Shown in pieces: positions 19,103-29,062 of a stretch of 64,000 bases of DNA; positions within the stretch are counted from its first letter, which is position 1, and the number at the start of each line of letters is the position of its first letter. Below the pieces are notes generated by a model, which was not told the origin of the DNA, did not search any database, and was given only the letters and a program-made list of their open reading frames with translations. The position numbers were made by a program, and so were the translations under genes. The stretch comes from Candidatus Bathyarchaeota archaeon (lineage in GTDB: Archaea > Thermoproteota > Bathyarchaeia > Bathyarchaeales > Bathycorpusculaceae): the NCBI GenBank assembly GCA_963733095.1, contig CAVTBV010000008.1, forward strand, positions 15,341-79,340. The letters are read 5' to 3'.

Positions 19103-19849
19103 CTAAGATTCCTCCCGCATTTTTCTACCCGTTAGTTTAATGAAAACCTCTTCCAGGTTCTTGACTTTGTTTTTCTCGATAAGGTCTTTTGGAGTGCCAA
19201 GTGCGATGAGTTTGCCGTGGTCGATTATGCCTACTCTGTCGCAGAGTTCCTCGGCTTCCTCCATGTAGTGGGTGGTTAAGATGATTGTTTTGTTTTGGGT
19301 TTTTAGTTCTTGGATGAAGTCCCAGACTGCGTGTCGCGATTGTGGGTCCATGGCGACCGTTGGCTCGTCTAAGAAGATAACTTGTGGGTCATGAATTAAA
19401 GCTAATATAAGGCTGAGTCGTCTTTTCATTCCTCCGCTGTACTTGGCGGCTTTCCGCTTGGCATCTTCGGTCAGACCCATCTTGCTGAGCAGCATGTTTT
19501 GGCGAGTTTTTAGAGAGGCTTTTTCCATTGTGTGGAGGTTTCCGAATAGGTCTATGTTCTCGGCACCTGTTAGGTATGGGTAGATGGCGGTTTCTTGAAT
19601 GCAAACTCCTATGAGCTCCTTAACTTTTGAGGCGTCTTTTTGAACGTTGTAGCCGCATATCGATGCTTCACCGCTTGAAGGTTTTAGGAGTCCACAGAGG
19701 ATGTTTATAGTGGTCGTTTTGCCTGCTCCATTTGGACCTAATAGGCCAAAGAGTTCTCCTTTGCCAACCTGCAGGCTTAGGTCATCAAGGGCTGAAACAT
19801 CTTGGTATTTTTTTGCCAGATGCTCCATTTCTATTGCGGGTTCACACAT
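19103..19849 (-). CDS. ABC transporter ATP-binding protein
   Basis: GPNGAGKTT, YSGGMKRR, FLDEPT. Confidence 0.95.
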   Translation of the reverse strand: MCEPAIEMEHLAKKYQDVSALDDLSLQVGKGELFGLLGPNGAGKTTTINILCGLLKPSSGEASICGYNVQKDASKVKELIGVCIQETAIYPYLTGAENIDLFGNLHTMEKASLKTRQNMLLSKMGLTEDAKRKAAKYSGGMKRRLSLILALIHDPQVIFLDEPTVAMDPQSRHAVWDFIQELKTQNKTIILTTHYMEEAEELCDRVGIIDHGKLIALGTPKDLIEKNKVKNLEEVFIKLTGRKMREES

Positions 19850-19970
19850 TTTTTATCACTTCATTATTTATCTTTGACTTCAAGTTGGCGTGCGAGAATT
19901 TAGTTTCATGTCAACGGCGCGATGGATAAAGGAGCAAAAAAGAACCCTTCTATGACCGTTTTATCAACTG

Positions 19971-20894
19971 CTAAGTTGAAGAATTGGAATGCATGGTTTG
20001 AGCTAACTTATCACGCCAGGTTTCAAAGAGGTAGCCTGAACAGAGAATGTAGGGCACTGCTGAGATAACGTCTGGTTCTTTTTCTATTCTTTCGCGGAGC
20101 TTGTCCAATTCACCCATACTATTGGTCCACATGACGAGTGTTGTTGAGTTGGGTATGTTGGCGAAACTCCAGTAAAACAAGACGTTCGTAGAGTATTTTT
20201 TTAAAATCTGGTATGCTATCATGGCTTGCTTGGAATCAGGTTTTAATCGTAGATCCATAAGGGTGGTTATGTCGTCTGACTTGTCAGGGTACCATTCTAA
20301 AGAGAGTTCTATGAGGAAATTATTTATCATACGGTTTAGCCTGCGGCGAACTGTCTTGGAAGATACCCCTAATTCGTTTGCTACATCGGCAATAGCTTTG
20401 CGTGCATCATCCTTAAGTGAACTGATGATTTGATAATCCAAGTCGCATAAGGTCAATTCGGAGAGTTTTAACCTCTTTGGCGGCATCTGATCTGGCTGCA
20501 TTATACCTACGGTTGGTTCGGGGAGCACCGCTTCTTTTTTGATGAAGGATATTAGTGGTTCAAGCTCGGATAGATTTCTGATATAGGCGCCGATGTAGAG
20601 GAATTTTCCACTACCGATTGCTAACCAGTAGATTGAGCCATTAAGCTTTATTCGTTCGGGTAAATCTTTGAAGCTTGTTAGTTGTGACGTCCCAAAAATG
20701 TAGACTGGAATGGCTTGTGAAGCAAATATGCTGACTTTTGCTGTAAACTTGTGGATGACGTCTGTTTCGATTAATTGTTGGATGCGCTTATGGACGGCAT
20801 TGACTGAAAGGTTAAGCTTGTCGGCCAATTCTGCGTAGGAGAGTCTTGAGTTCTGCAGGAGAAGCAGGATTAGGCTCATGTCTGTTTTGTCCAT
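19971..20894 (-). CDS. Lrp/AsnC-family regulator with two tandem HTH modules
   Basis: MDKTD...NSRLSYAELADKLNLSVNAVHKRI and LDYQII...DARKAIADVANELGVSSKTVRRRL; ATG at 20894 likely. Confidence 0.85.
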   Translation of the reverse strand: MDKTDMSLILLLLQNSRLSYAELADKLNLSVNAVHKRIQQLIETDVIHKFTAKVSIFASQAIPVYIFGTSQLTSFKDLPERIKLNGSIYWLAIGSGKFLYIGAYIRNLSELEPLISFIKKEAVLPEPTVGIMQPDQMPPKRLKLSELTLCDLDYQIISSLKDDARKAIADVANELGVSSKTVRRRLNRMINNFLIELSLEWYPDKSDDITTLMDLRLKPDSKQAMIAYQILKKYSTNVLFYWSFANIPNSTTLVMWTNSMGELDKLRERIEKEPDVISAVPYILCSGYLFETWRDKLAQTMHSNSST

Positions 20895-21126
20895 TATGCA
20901 CCAGTACTCCATTATGCAGCTAACATGCTTAAAGATTTTAATACTGAATAACCCATCAATCACTTCTGTCTTTAAACAACAGATTACGCGTTTTTAAGCG
21001 GTTTTTGGATATAGTTGTTTTAATGCCCGGTTTTTGTGGTTTTTGCCTAAAGCTTTAATTCAGGGAAAATATGTTAAGGTTTTGTAGAAGTTAAGTTTAC
21101 TTGCCAACGGTTTTGGTGGGTAGCGT

Positions 21127-23718
21127 ATGAGCCTGAATAATTTTACGGTTAAATCACAGGAAGCCATCCAGAAGGCTGTAGAGATTGCCTCAGCAGGGCG
21201 CAATCAAGCAGTCGAACCGCTTCATCTGCTAAAGGGAATATTGCTTGTTGATGAGAATGTGGTTCCTTTCTTGTTTGGGAAACTTGGAGTCAGTTCTGAA
21301 GCTTTCTCGGGTTTGCTGGATAAGGAAATTGATTCTTTGCCGAAGGTTAGCGGTGGAGAGCCTTATCTCTCTTCAAATGCTAACAAAGCGCTTCATAAGG
21401 CTCAAGAGTTGGCTTCTGCCGCTAAGGATGAGTTTGTTTCTGTAGAGCAGCTGCTATTAGCTATACTGTCTTTGGATGATTCAGCTTCGCGTTTGCTTAA
21501 AAGTTGCAAGGTTAATGAAAAAGACCTTAAGTCAGCAATTAGCCAACTTCGAAAGGGATCTTCCGTTAATTCGCCCACTGCAGAAGAAACCTACAATGCC
21601 CTAAATAAGTACGCCATAAACCTAAACAGCATGGCTCGGGCGGGGAAATTGGATCCAGTTATTGGCCGTGAAAGCGAAATTCGGCGGGTTCTCCAGATTT
21701 TGTCGCGAAGGACCAAGAATAATCCTCTGTTGATCGGGGAGCCGGGTGTGGGTAAAACTGCTATAGTTGAGGGTCTTGCGAATCGCATAATTAATGGTGA
21801 TGTGCCCGAGAATTTGAGGTCAAAGCAGGTTTTTTCTCTCGATATGGGTGCTTTGATTGCTGGTGCCAAGTACAAGGGGGAGTTTGAGGAGCGTCTTAAG
21901 AGTGTAATTAAGGAAGTTGTCGGAGCAGAGGGTGATATTTTGCTTTTCATCGACGAGATTCATACGCTTGTAGGGGCAGGCGGCGGTGAAGGTGCGATGG
22001 ATGCGGCTAATATTCTTAAGCCTGCGTTGGCGCGGGGTGAGTTGCGTGCAATTGGCGCAACGACTTTGAAGGAATACCAGAAGTACTTTGAGAAAGATAA
22101 GGCGTTAGAGAGACGTTTCCAGCCGGTTATGGTTAATGAGCCCAATGTTTTAGACACCATCTCTATCCTTCGAGGTCTAAAAGAGCGCTACGAAGTGTAC
22201 CATCATGTTCGAATTAGAGATGATGCCATAATTGCAGCTGCAGAGTTATCTCAACGATATATTACTGAGCGTTTTCTGCCCGACAAGGCGATTGATTTGA
22301 TTGATGAAGCGGCTTCCAAGTTGGAGCTTGAAATCAATTCTGAGCCACAAGAACTCGAAGATGTTGATCGCAAGATTCGGCAATTAGAGATTGAACGCGA
22401 AGCCATCAAGCACGAAAAAAATGACGTCAAACTAAAGTCGCTAAATCAAGAAATTGCAAATTTAACTGAACAACGCAATAGTCTGAGGGCAAAGTGGCAT
22501 GCAGAGAAGGAAATTGTTGATCAAATCCAAGCGAAGAAGAATGAGATTGAACAGCTAAAGTTTGAAGAGGAAAATGCTAACCGACGAGGCGATCTTGGAA
22601 AGATTGCCGAGATTCGTTATGGCAAAATTCCCGAAGCTACCATAGCGATCGACAGTTTGAAGAAGAAATTGACCGAGTTACAGAAGGATTCAGCATTGGT
22701 AAATGAAGAAGTCGGGGCAGAGGAGATTGCTGAGGTTGTCTGCAGTTGGACGGGAATTCCGGTTAACCGTATGTTGCAGACTGAGAAGGAAAAGCTGTTA
22801 AACATAGAAACTGAGCTCCACATGAGAGTTGTTGGGCAGGATGAGGCGATCCAAGCTGTTTCTGATGCATTGCGACGGAGTCGCGCTGGTCTGCAAGATC
22901 CAAAGCGTCCAATTGGATCTTTCATTTTTCTGGGAACAACCGGAGTTGGAAAAACCGAATTAGTCAAAGCCTTAGCGGAGTTCTTGTTCAACAACGAAAA
23001 CAACATGGTTCGCATCGACATGTCAGAGTACCAGGAGCGGCATACCGTTTCCAGGCTTGTGGGTGCTCCGCCGGGTTACGTTGGTTACGAAGAGAGTGGA
23101 CAGTTAACTGAAGCGGTGAGAAGAAAGCCTTACTCGGTTGTTTTGCTTGATGAGATCGAGAAGGCGCATCCGGATGTATTCAACATTCTGCTGCAGGTCC
23201 TCGATGATGGCCGATTGACCGACAATAAAGGTCGAACCGTCGATTTCAAGAATACCATAATCATTATGACCTCAAACATTGGCTCTCACCTCATCCAAGA
23301 AAACCTCGAAAAAATTAACCCTGAAAACCGAGAACAAATCCTAAACCAAACCAGAGAGCTTGTCTTCGAATTACTCAAAAAAAGCATCAAACCAGAATTC
23401 CTAAACCGCATCGACGAAATAATAATGTTCCAACCGCTCACAATGGAGGAAGTTCGAAGAATAGTGGAGCTTCAACTGAAAAAAGTGGAGCAGATGCTGG
23501 CAAAAAATAACATAAAACTTTCAGCCACAAACAAAGCCATAGACCACATCGCCAAAGTTGGGTTTGATCCTCAATTCGGTGCCAGACCAATAAAACGTGT
23601 CATCCAAAAAGACATCCTGAATGAACTCTCAAAGATGTTACTATCAGAAAAAGTCAACAAAGACACAACCATCATCGTCGATGAAAAAAATGGGCAACTG
23701 ATATTTAAAAATAAATAG
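21127..23718 (+). CDS. clpB: ATP-dependent chaperone ClpB
   Basis: Clp N domain, NBD1 GEPGVGKT/FIDEIH, coiled-coil M domain, NBD2 GTTGVGKT, GAPPGYVGY, FGARP. Confidence 0.97.
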   Translation: MSLNNFTVKSQEAIQKAVEIASAGRNQAVEPLHLLKGILLVDENVVPFLFGKLGVSSEAFSGLLDKEIDSLPKVSGGEPYLSSNANKALHKAQELASAAKDEFVSVEQLLLAILSLDDSASRLLKSCKVNEKDLKSAISQLRKGSSVNSPTAEETYNALNKYAINLNSMARAGKLDPVIGRESEIRRVLQILSRRTKNNPLLIGEPGVGKTAIVEGLANRIINGDVPENLRSKQVFSLDMGALIAGAKYKGEFEERLKSVIKEVVGAEGDILLFIDEIHTLVGAGGGEGAMDAANILKPALARGELRAIGATTLKEYQKYFEKDKALERRFQPVMVNEPNVLDTISILRGLKERYEVYHHVRIRDDAIIAAAELSQRYITERFLPDKAIDLIDEAASKLELEINSEPQELEDVDRKIRQLEIEREAIKHEKNDVKLKSLNQEIANLTEQRNSLRAKWHAEKEIVDQIQAKKNEIEQLKFEEENANRRGDLGKIAEIRYGKIPEATIAIDSLKKKLTELQKDSALVNEEVGAEEIAEVVCSWTGIPVNRMLQTEKEKLLNIETELHMRVVGQDEAIQAVSDALRRSRAGLQDPKRPIGSFIFLGTTGVGKTELVKALAEFLFNNENNMVRIDMSEYQERHTVSRLVGAPPGYVGYEESGQLTEAVRRKPYSVVLLDEIEKAHPDVFNILLQVLDDGRLTDNKGRTVDFKNTIIIMTSNIGSHLIQENLEKINPENREQILNQTRELVFELLKKSIKPEFLNRIDEIIMFQPLTMEEVRRIVELQLKKVEQMLAKNNIKLSATNKAIDHIAKVGFDPQFGARPIKRVIQKDILNELSKMLLSEKVNKDTTIIVDEKNGQLIFKNK

Positions 23719-23862
23719 ACACCAGTTGTTCCATTCCTTCAATCCATTTCCTAAGAAGAAAAGACACCCTGCATCAACCTTCTTCTTTCAGTAAAGCCCC
23801 AATAATTGAAAGAACATTAACAAACAAATAAAAAATAGTTGAAAAAACTAGCTTGTTTTAGG

Positions 23863-24279
23863 CTAGATGACTAGTTCTATTAGCTTTCGAGGACTGTTTA
23901 TTTCGATAGCTTTTGTTCTTGTTGCGGCGCTCGACAGTTTAGGCTTTGCTTGAGAACCTATCGTAACAACAACATTACCGTCATACGAGAGCGTAACAGT
24001 GATGCCTGCGTCAGATAGTTCTTCAGCAACCCCTTTGAGTTGACCAAGTTTGCTTCGGGCGGTTTTAATTTGGCCAATGGTTCCGTTTATGCGTTTAAGG
24101 CCTTTGCTCTTTTTTTTACCGCTTGCAGCTGCAAGGGCTTTTTTCATAATTTCCTTGTCGATGGCGTTGATTTCGATTTTCTTATCGGCAACTTTGATTT
24201 CTATTGCTTTGACGTTATTTGCGGATAATGTGACTTTTCCTGATTCTATCATCTCGCCTATTGCAGTTGCGAAGGACAT
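23863..24279 (-). CDS. Hypothetical protein
   Basis: 138-aa ORF with ATG, co-oriented with 24301-24531. Confidence 0.65.
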   Translation of the reverse strand: MSFATAIGEMIESGKVTLSANNVKAIEIKVADKKIEINAIDKEIMKKALAAASGKKKSKGLKRINGTIGQIKTARSKLGQLKGVAEELSDAGITVTLSYDGNVVVTIGSQAKPKLSSAATRTKAIEINSPRKLIELVI

Positions 24280-24300
24280 CCTTTGTTGCTCTTACAATAG

Positions 24301-24531
24301 CTAAGTTTTTGCTTCTTTGGCATAAACTATGTCTAAAACAACTGCGCCGTTAAGTTTTGTCTTAAACATGCCCATATCAAGAGTTAAGTCCTCGAAGCTA
24401 AGTTTAAGGTCAGATTCTTTTCCGGCAAGTTTATCCATTATTGCCAGAACTGTGTCAGCCATACTTTGAGCAGTTTTTTCCATGGATTTAGAATGATCTG
24501 CATTTTTTCTTTCATTTTCCAATAAAAACAC
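24301..24531 (-). CDS. Small hypothetical protein
   Basis: 76-aa ORF; true start may be internal. Confidence 0.6.
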   Translation of the reverse strand: MFLLENERKNADHSKSMEKTAQSMADTVLAIMDKLAGKESDLKLSFEDLTLDMGMFKTKLNGAVVLDIVYAKEAKT

Positions 24532-24702
24532 CGAGATAGAATTCAGGGCGGATAACTTAAATAGTTATCGATAAGAGCAAGGCAAGTTTACGATAGATTG
24601 CTATTTTGTAACCAGGCAGCATGTAGTTCAAACCTGCGGGGTTTAGAATTCGGTTAAGGAATAAATAATTGTGTGGTCTTTTCTTGTAATAGGTTGTTTT
24701 TT

Positions 24703-25158
24703 ATGGCGGTTCCTAATGATTTAACAAACATTCTTGACCCAAACGAAACTGTTGAACTCTACATTAAACAGAAGTTTTACCATCTCACAATTGACATCAA
24801 CTCCGTGGTCATAACCAACAAAAGAGTAATCTTACGGCACCCCCACGTGCTTGGGCTAAAAAAAGACTACACCGACTACAACTACATAGACTTTGAAGAC
24901 GCAATCATAGACAAAGGAATACTGCGTTCAACAATTAGATGCAAATTCAAATCCAATATTCCACCACTTATACTAAATGACATACCCAACGCCGATGCAG
25001 AGAAAGCCTACAGAATAGTCAGAGACAAAGTAATCAAAGCTCAAACACAGTTTTTAACGGAAGTTACAGGTACGGAAATGATAATTTGCTCATATTGCGG
25101 TACCAAAAACAAACCCACCGCTTCCAGGTGCATTAACTGTGGCGCAACCTTAACATAG
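24703..25158 (+). CDS. Bacterial PH-domain protein with C-terminal zinc ribbon
   Basis: LDPNETV...VVITNKRVIL (PH-like) and CSYCG...CINCG. Confidence 0.75.
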   Translation: MAVPNDLTNILDPNETVELYIKQKFYHLTIDINSVVITNKRVILRHPHVLGLKKDYTDYNYIDFEDAIIDKGILRSTIRCKFKSNIPPLILNDIPNADAEKAYRIVRDKVIKAQTQFLTEVTGTEMIICSYCGTKNKPTASRCINCGATLT

Positions 25159-25221
25159 AAATTCTAATCCAGGCGCTCTCTTGACACAATAGGTCTGCAA
25201 GAATTACTCAATTATGAGTGG

Positions 25222-25465
25222 TCCTAAACAAAGGTGCTTTTTGCTTGATGGCTACTTCTTTGGCGATTTTGTAGTATTGGTTGTCCACGCAAGAAACTGA
25301 AACATAGTTCATCGCTTTGGCTAAGACTTTGATTTTTCGGTGCAGTAGACGAGGATGCATGGTTCGAGGAAGCTGACGTCTTGGATGAGGTCAAAACGGC
25401 CATGCGAAACAAAGACTCCGTCAACTAAGGTTGCTCGGGATGACTTTTTCCAAGCGGCAGTTAAC
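25222..25465 (-). pseudogene. MBL-fold metallo-hydrolase fragment
   Basis: VDGVFVSHGRFDLIQDVSFLEPCILVYCTEK (degenerate HxHxDH), then frameshift to IKVLAKAMNYVSVSCVDNQYY. Confidence 0.55.
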
Positions 25466-25985
25466 ATGTAAGCTGCTTTAATAATTCATCCATTGGCACC
25501 AGGACCAGACCCTCAGTAGGAACGTTAGAAGTTGTTGTTGCTGCTGCAACTGAATTCTGCAGACCAGTTGCAACAACAATCAAAGTTAAACTTAAATTAT
25601 CCAGCTCCAGTCACATAACCGTTAGCTTCGCAGTCATTCCTTACTCCAAATGCCAAGTTACCCAGCGACGTGCTTTAACAATTTACCGATAAGTGCACCA
25701 AAAAACTGATTTCTTTCATCTTTTCGAATAAATTCGACTATCACACAAAAAAACCGACAAAGTATAAACAAAAAAACCGCAAAAACCATAAAACAAACGA
25801 CCCGAAACGAAGAAAGAAACATCGTTTCTGAAACACTAAAAAACTAAACAACAAAACGCCACAACAAAATTACCGCCACAGCCTAGCTACCATCGTATTC
25901 TTTGAGCGCTAAATTTCTTTAAACCCCGAAGTACAAAAAAACCAACAAAAAACCCTTTATCAAAAAATAACCGTAGGTTAAAACA

Positions 25986-26127
25986 GGGAAGTATATTCCC
26001 GTTGAGGAAACGTTTAGCTGGGTCAACTTTGGGAGGACTCGGCGGCTCAGAGCCCACCTGGAATTGCCCTTGCGGGTCTATACCAAAACGTGCTTTGATC
26101 TGCTAAACGTTCGACCCTTATTTTTTT
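25986..26127 (+). ncRNA. Candidate structured non-coding RNA
   Basis: GC-rich island in AT-rich spacer; long closing stem 26009-26026 with 26095-26111 including G-U pairs, internal hairpins, TATA-like TTTATCA upstream, T-tract downstream. Confidence 0.45.
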
Positions 26128-26429
26128 ATTCAATCAGATACCGGAACAATATGGCAAGACCACTAAACTGACCAGCAATGATAATTGATTTGAAGGATTC
26201 CAGCTACTGCTTAGTTGTTATTGTTTATTCGGTGTGACAACATTTGTTTATTAATGATATGCTGACTTGAGTAATCAGATAGAACTCTTTTGAAATAGAG
26301 GTTGCTTATTATGCTTGATTTTTCAGTTAGGAACTTTATTGATCTTTCCAGGAATACCGATCGAGAAACATGGCTGAGTTTGAAATTTGGGGTTTTTCCA
26401 AGTGGTTTTCTGAGTAGGAGTGGCTGTTT

Positions 26430-28286
26430 GTGGCGTTAACCAGCAACTCTGATTTTTACGTCTCGATTCAAGACGCTGGCATCAATCGGCTTGTTCGGCA
26501 TGTTATGTGGAAAAGGCCTTCTCTTTTTAACTATGGAACTTCGTTTGTTGCTTCTAACCCTCATCTTCTATGCCAAAATATCGATGTCGCGCCAGAGGTT
26601 CTGCAGGCTGGAAACCCCCTTGTTACAGTTATAGATTCTTTACCGATCATTGGAACATCGTTAGCACTAAACTACGCAATACAGCTCACAAAGGGAGAAC
26701 TTGATTTTCATCCAGGAAATATCTTTACTCTTCCAAACGAATTAAATCCGCCATTAGGAAAACAGCGTCTTGGCGTTCATTTCCAAGTTTGCGCAGGCTT
26801 AGGCTGCCCCCCAGCCATTGGTCTTCCCACACCAGGCAAACCTTCTGTAAGAGTTCCCTCAATCGCCAATTTAACCAGGTTATCTGCAAACGACATATCC
26901 GTTTCTAAGACGGGCGGAATTTTTAATCCAAATGGCGGAGAAGTCGTTTTGCCATCACAACAATTAGACTGTTTTTGCCTTGACTTATACGCTACGGGGG
27001 GCTCAAAAACAACGGGGTCTGTGGGAAATCAACAGATTCAGCCATTTGTGGACGGCATAGACATCGTAGATATCGAGCCAGATCCAATAGAAAACATGAT
27101 AGAATGCTACGCACTACTTGCTTTGAACCAAGGAATCCTCCCAAGTATCGGTCAGCTTATTTCAAAATTCGCCTTTAACAATCCACTCCCGCCAGAATTG
27201 GGGACCCTTATTTTTTCTGCATCAACAACTGTTCCTAATAATCCCGCGATTGAAGACAATCAACTCAAAGCCTTCATCAATTTAGACAACATAGTCCTTA
27301 ACCTCAACATTCCCCCAACGATTTGCCAATCAAGCGGAGGGGGAAGCGGGGGTGGCGGCGGAGGCGGAGGAACCGTAACAAGGACCACTCGAAGCAGAAC
27401 ACGAACAGATACATTCGATTTAACCGCAGCTATTTCTGCCAAAGCATTTGGAAAAATCTTTGGGGCAATAGTTAAAGGCTTTCACTTTTCCTGCGCTGAC
27501 CAAGGTAGTTATGGACCGTTTTCTGCGAATTACGATGTAGAGGCACATCTAGAAGGCGGATCAATTCAATTGCGAAATAACGAAACCATCGAAGTCTCCG
27601 ACTTAGAAGTGAAATGGGATACTTTGAGCCTAAATCTTTGCGTCGACATTCCTGAACAATGTGTGGGCGGCGGCTGCCTTATTCCAAACCCATTTGATGG
27701 TTGCGTTCTTAGTGTGCCCAAAATATGCGTTTTCAGTGGCAACCCCGATTTCTGTTTACCGATAAATCTAAGCGGTCTGATTACTTCAGAGGTAACTTTT
27801 ACTGCTGGTTTTAGGGTTTTCTACGGCATTGGCTCAGGTGTAACAAACAGATGGCAAATTGTAATAGTGCCCGAAATGCCTATTGATCTGCAAATAATCG
27901 ACGTGGCTGATACGGTAGGTGACCTTTTCAAAAATCTTTTTGATTCAGCAATTGATGGACTATTAGGCGGTCTCCCCGATTGGGCAAAAGACTTGTTGAA
28001 GGGCATTTTTGGTTCAATCGATGACATGATCCGATTCGTTCTTGACATTCCTGACGATATAGCTGGCTGGCTTATGGATATCCTTACAAGCCTAGGGGTA
28101 TTCGACGTTTTGCTATCGGGAGTCTATGATTTCTTAGCAAACAACTTACCCGCACTCGAAATAGATGACCCCTTCAAAGCTTTAGACCAAGCCGGTCCGC
28201 TAATTCCGGTAATGGTTCCTATAGAGTTTATTGGAATTAAAATCAACTCAAACGAAATGATTATTGAAGGAGATGTGGGGAACTAA
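26430..28286 (+). CDS. Hypothetical two-domain beta-rich protein with poly-Gly linker
   Basis: 618-aa ORF, AGGAG SD, GTG start; SSGGGSGGGGGGGG linker at 27330-27371; Cys-rich patch in second half. Confidence 0.75.
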   Translation: MALTSNSDFYVSIQDAGINRLVRHVMWKRPSLFNYGTSFVASNPHLLCQNIDVAPEVLQAGNPLVTVIDSLPIIGTSLALNYAIQLTKGELDFHPGNIFTLPNELNPPLGKQRLGVHFQVCAGLGCPPAIGLPTPGKPSVRVPSIANLTRLSANDISVSKTGGIFNPNGGEVVLPSQQLDCFCLDLYATGGSKTTGSVGNQQIQPFVDGIDIVDIEPDPIENMIECYALLALNQGILPSIGQLISKFAFNNPLPPELGTLIFSASTTVPNNPAIEDNQLKAFINLDNIVLNLNIPPTICQSSGGGSGGGGGGGGTVTRTTRSRTRTDTFDLTAAISAKAFGKIFGAIVKGFHFSCADQGSYGPFSANYDVEAHLEGGSIQLRNNETIEVSDLEVKWDTLSLNLCVDIPEQCVGGGCLIPNPFDGCVLSVPKICVFSGNPDFCLPINLSGLITSEVTFTAGFRVFYGIGSGVTNRWQIVIVPEMPIDLQIIDVADTVGDLFKNLFDSAIDGLLGGLPDWAKDLLKGIFGSIDDMIRFVLDIPDDIAGWLMDILTSLGVFDVLLSGVYDFLANNLPALEIDDPFKALDQAGPLIPVMVPIEFIGIKINSNEMIIEGDVGN

Positions 28287-28288
28287 AA

Positions 28289-29059
28289 ATGAAAGCCATA
28301 CTTAATCCATTTGTTTTTTCTCAAGTAAACTTAGACAGCGCATCACTCACCATGCTGACTTCGGTCGTCCATAAGATCGCAGAGTCAGGAACATACGATG
28401 GCACAATTCAACGAGGATCAGACACGGTAGGCCGATTTAGATTGGCTGCTTCAGATTTACCACCGGAAAAATGCGCAGACGAATCCAAAAATCAAGTCAA
28501 TATCGACTTGAAAAGTTTGGATCTACCGGTAGCGGACCATATTGAAAGTCAATTGAAGAATTGTTTCCAAGTCAAAACTGGAGGATACGTCGTATTTCAT
28601 CTGTCAAATGGCGCTGGCGGCTACTCCGTCGAACTTCGAAAAACTGGAACCGAATGCGGGGGAAAAATAGTTTTTGACAGCCGAAAACTTAATGAAAACG
28701 ACTATTTTGTTGCCACACCACTACGCCCAGGAATCTACAACATCTTAAACGTGGAAACAAAGGCAAAAGCAGAGTTAATTGTTGCTTATCCAGAAATCGG
28801 AAAAATACCTAAACAACCACAAGCAACAAAAGTTGAATGCAGCCAAAACGCAATAACGCCTGGAAAAACTAAAATCAACCCAACTGAGTCCTTATTGTTT
28901 AGTTTTATGGCATCTTCAAGAATAAAAATAGAGCTAGTCAAACCAGAAGATCGCCCTCGAGTGAACACACAAAAAAAGGAAACACAGCAATCTAAAAAAC
29001 CATCGAAGAGTTTGGCTCCAAACCAGAAACCAATACGCCACCTGCGCATAAACGTCTGA
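28289..29059 (+). CDS. Hypothetical beta-rich protein
   Basis: 256-aa ORF starting 2 bp after upstream stop. Confidence 0.75.
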   Translation: MKAILNPFVFSQVNLDSASLTMLTSVVHKIAESGTYDGTIQRGSDTVGRFRLAASDLPPEKCADESKNQVNIDLKSLDLPVADHIESQLKNCFQVKTGGYVVFHLSNGAGGYSVELRKTGTECGGKIVFDSRKLNENDYFVATPLRPGIYNILNVETKAKAELIVAYPEIGKIPKQPQATKVECSQNAITPGKTKINPTESLLFSFMASSRIKIELVKPEDRPRVNTQKKETQQSKKPSKSLAPNQKPIRHLRINV

Positions 29060-29062
29060 AGC

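Noticed and set aside
25640-25970. A-rich AAAAC-type tract as a repeat array
   Set aside because: Low complexity with no consistent unit or period
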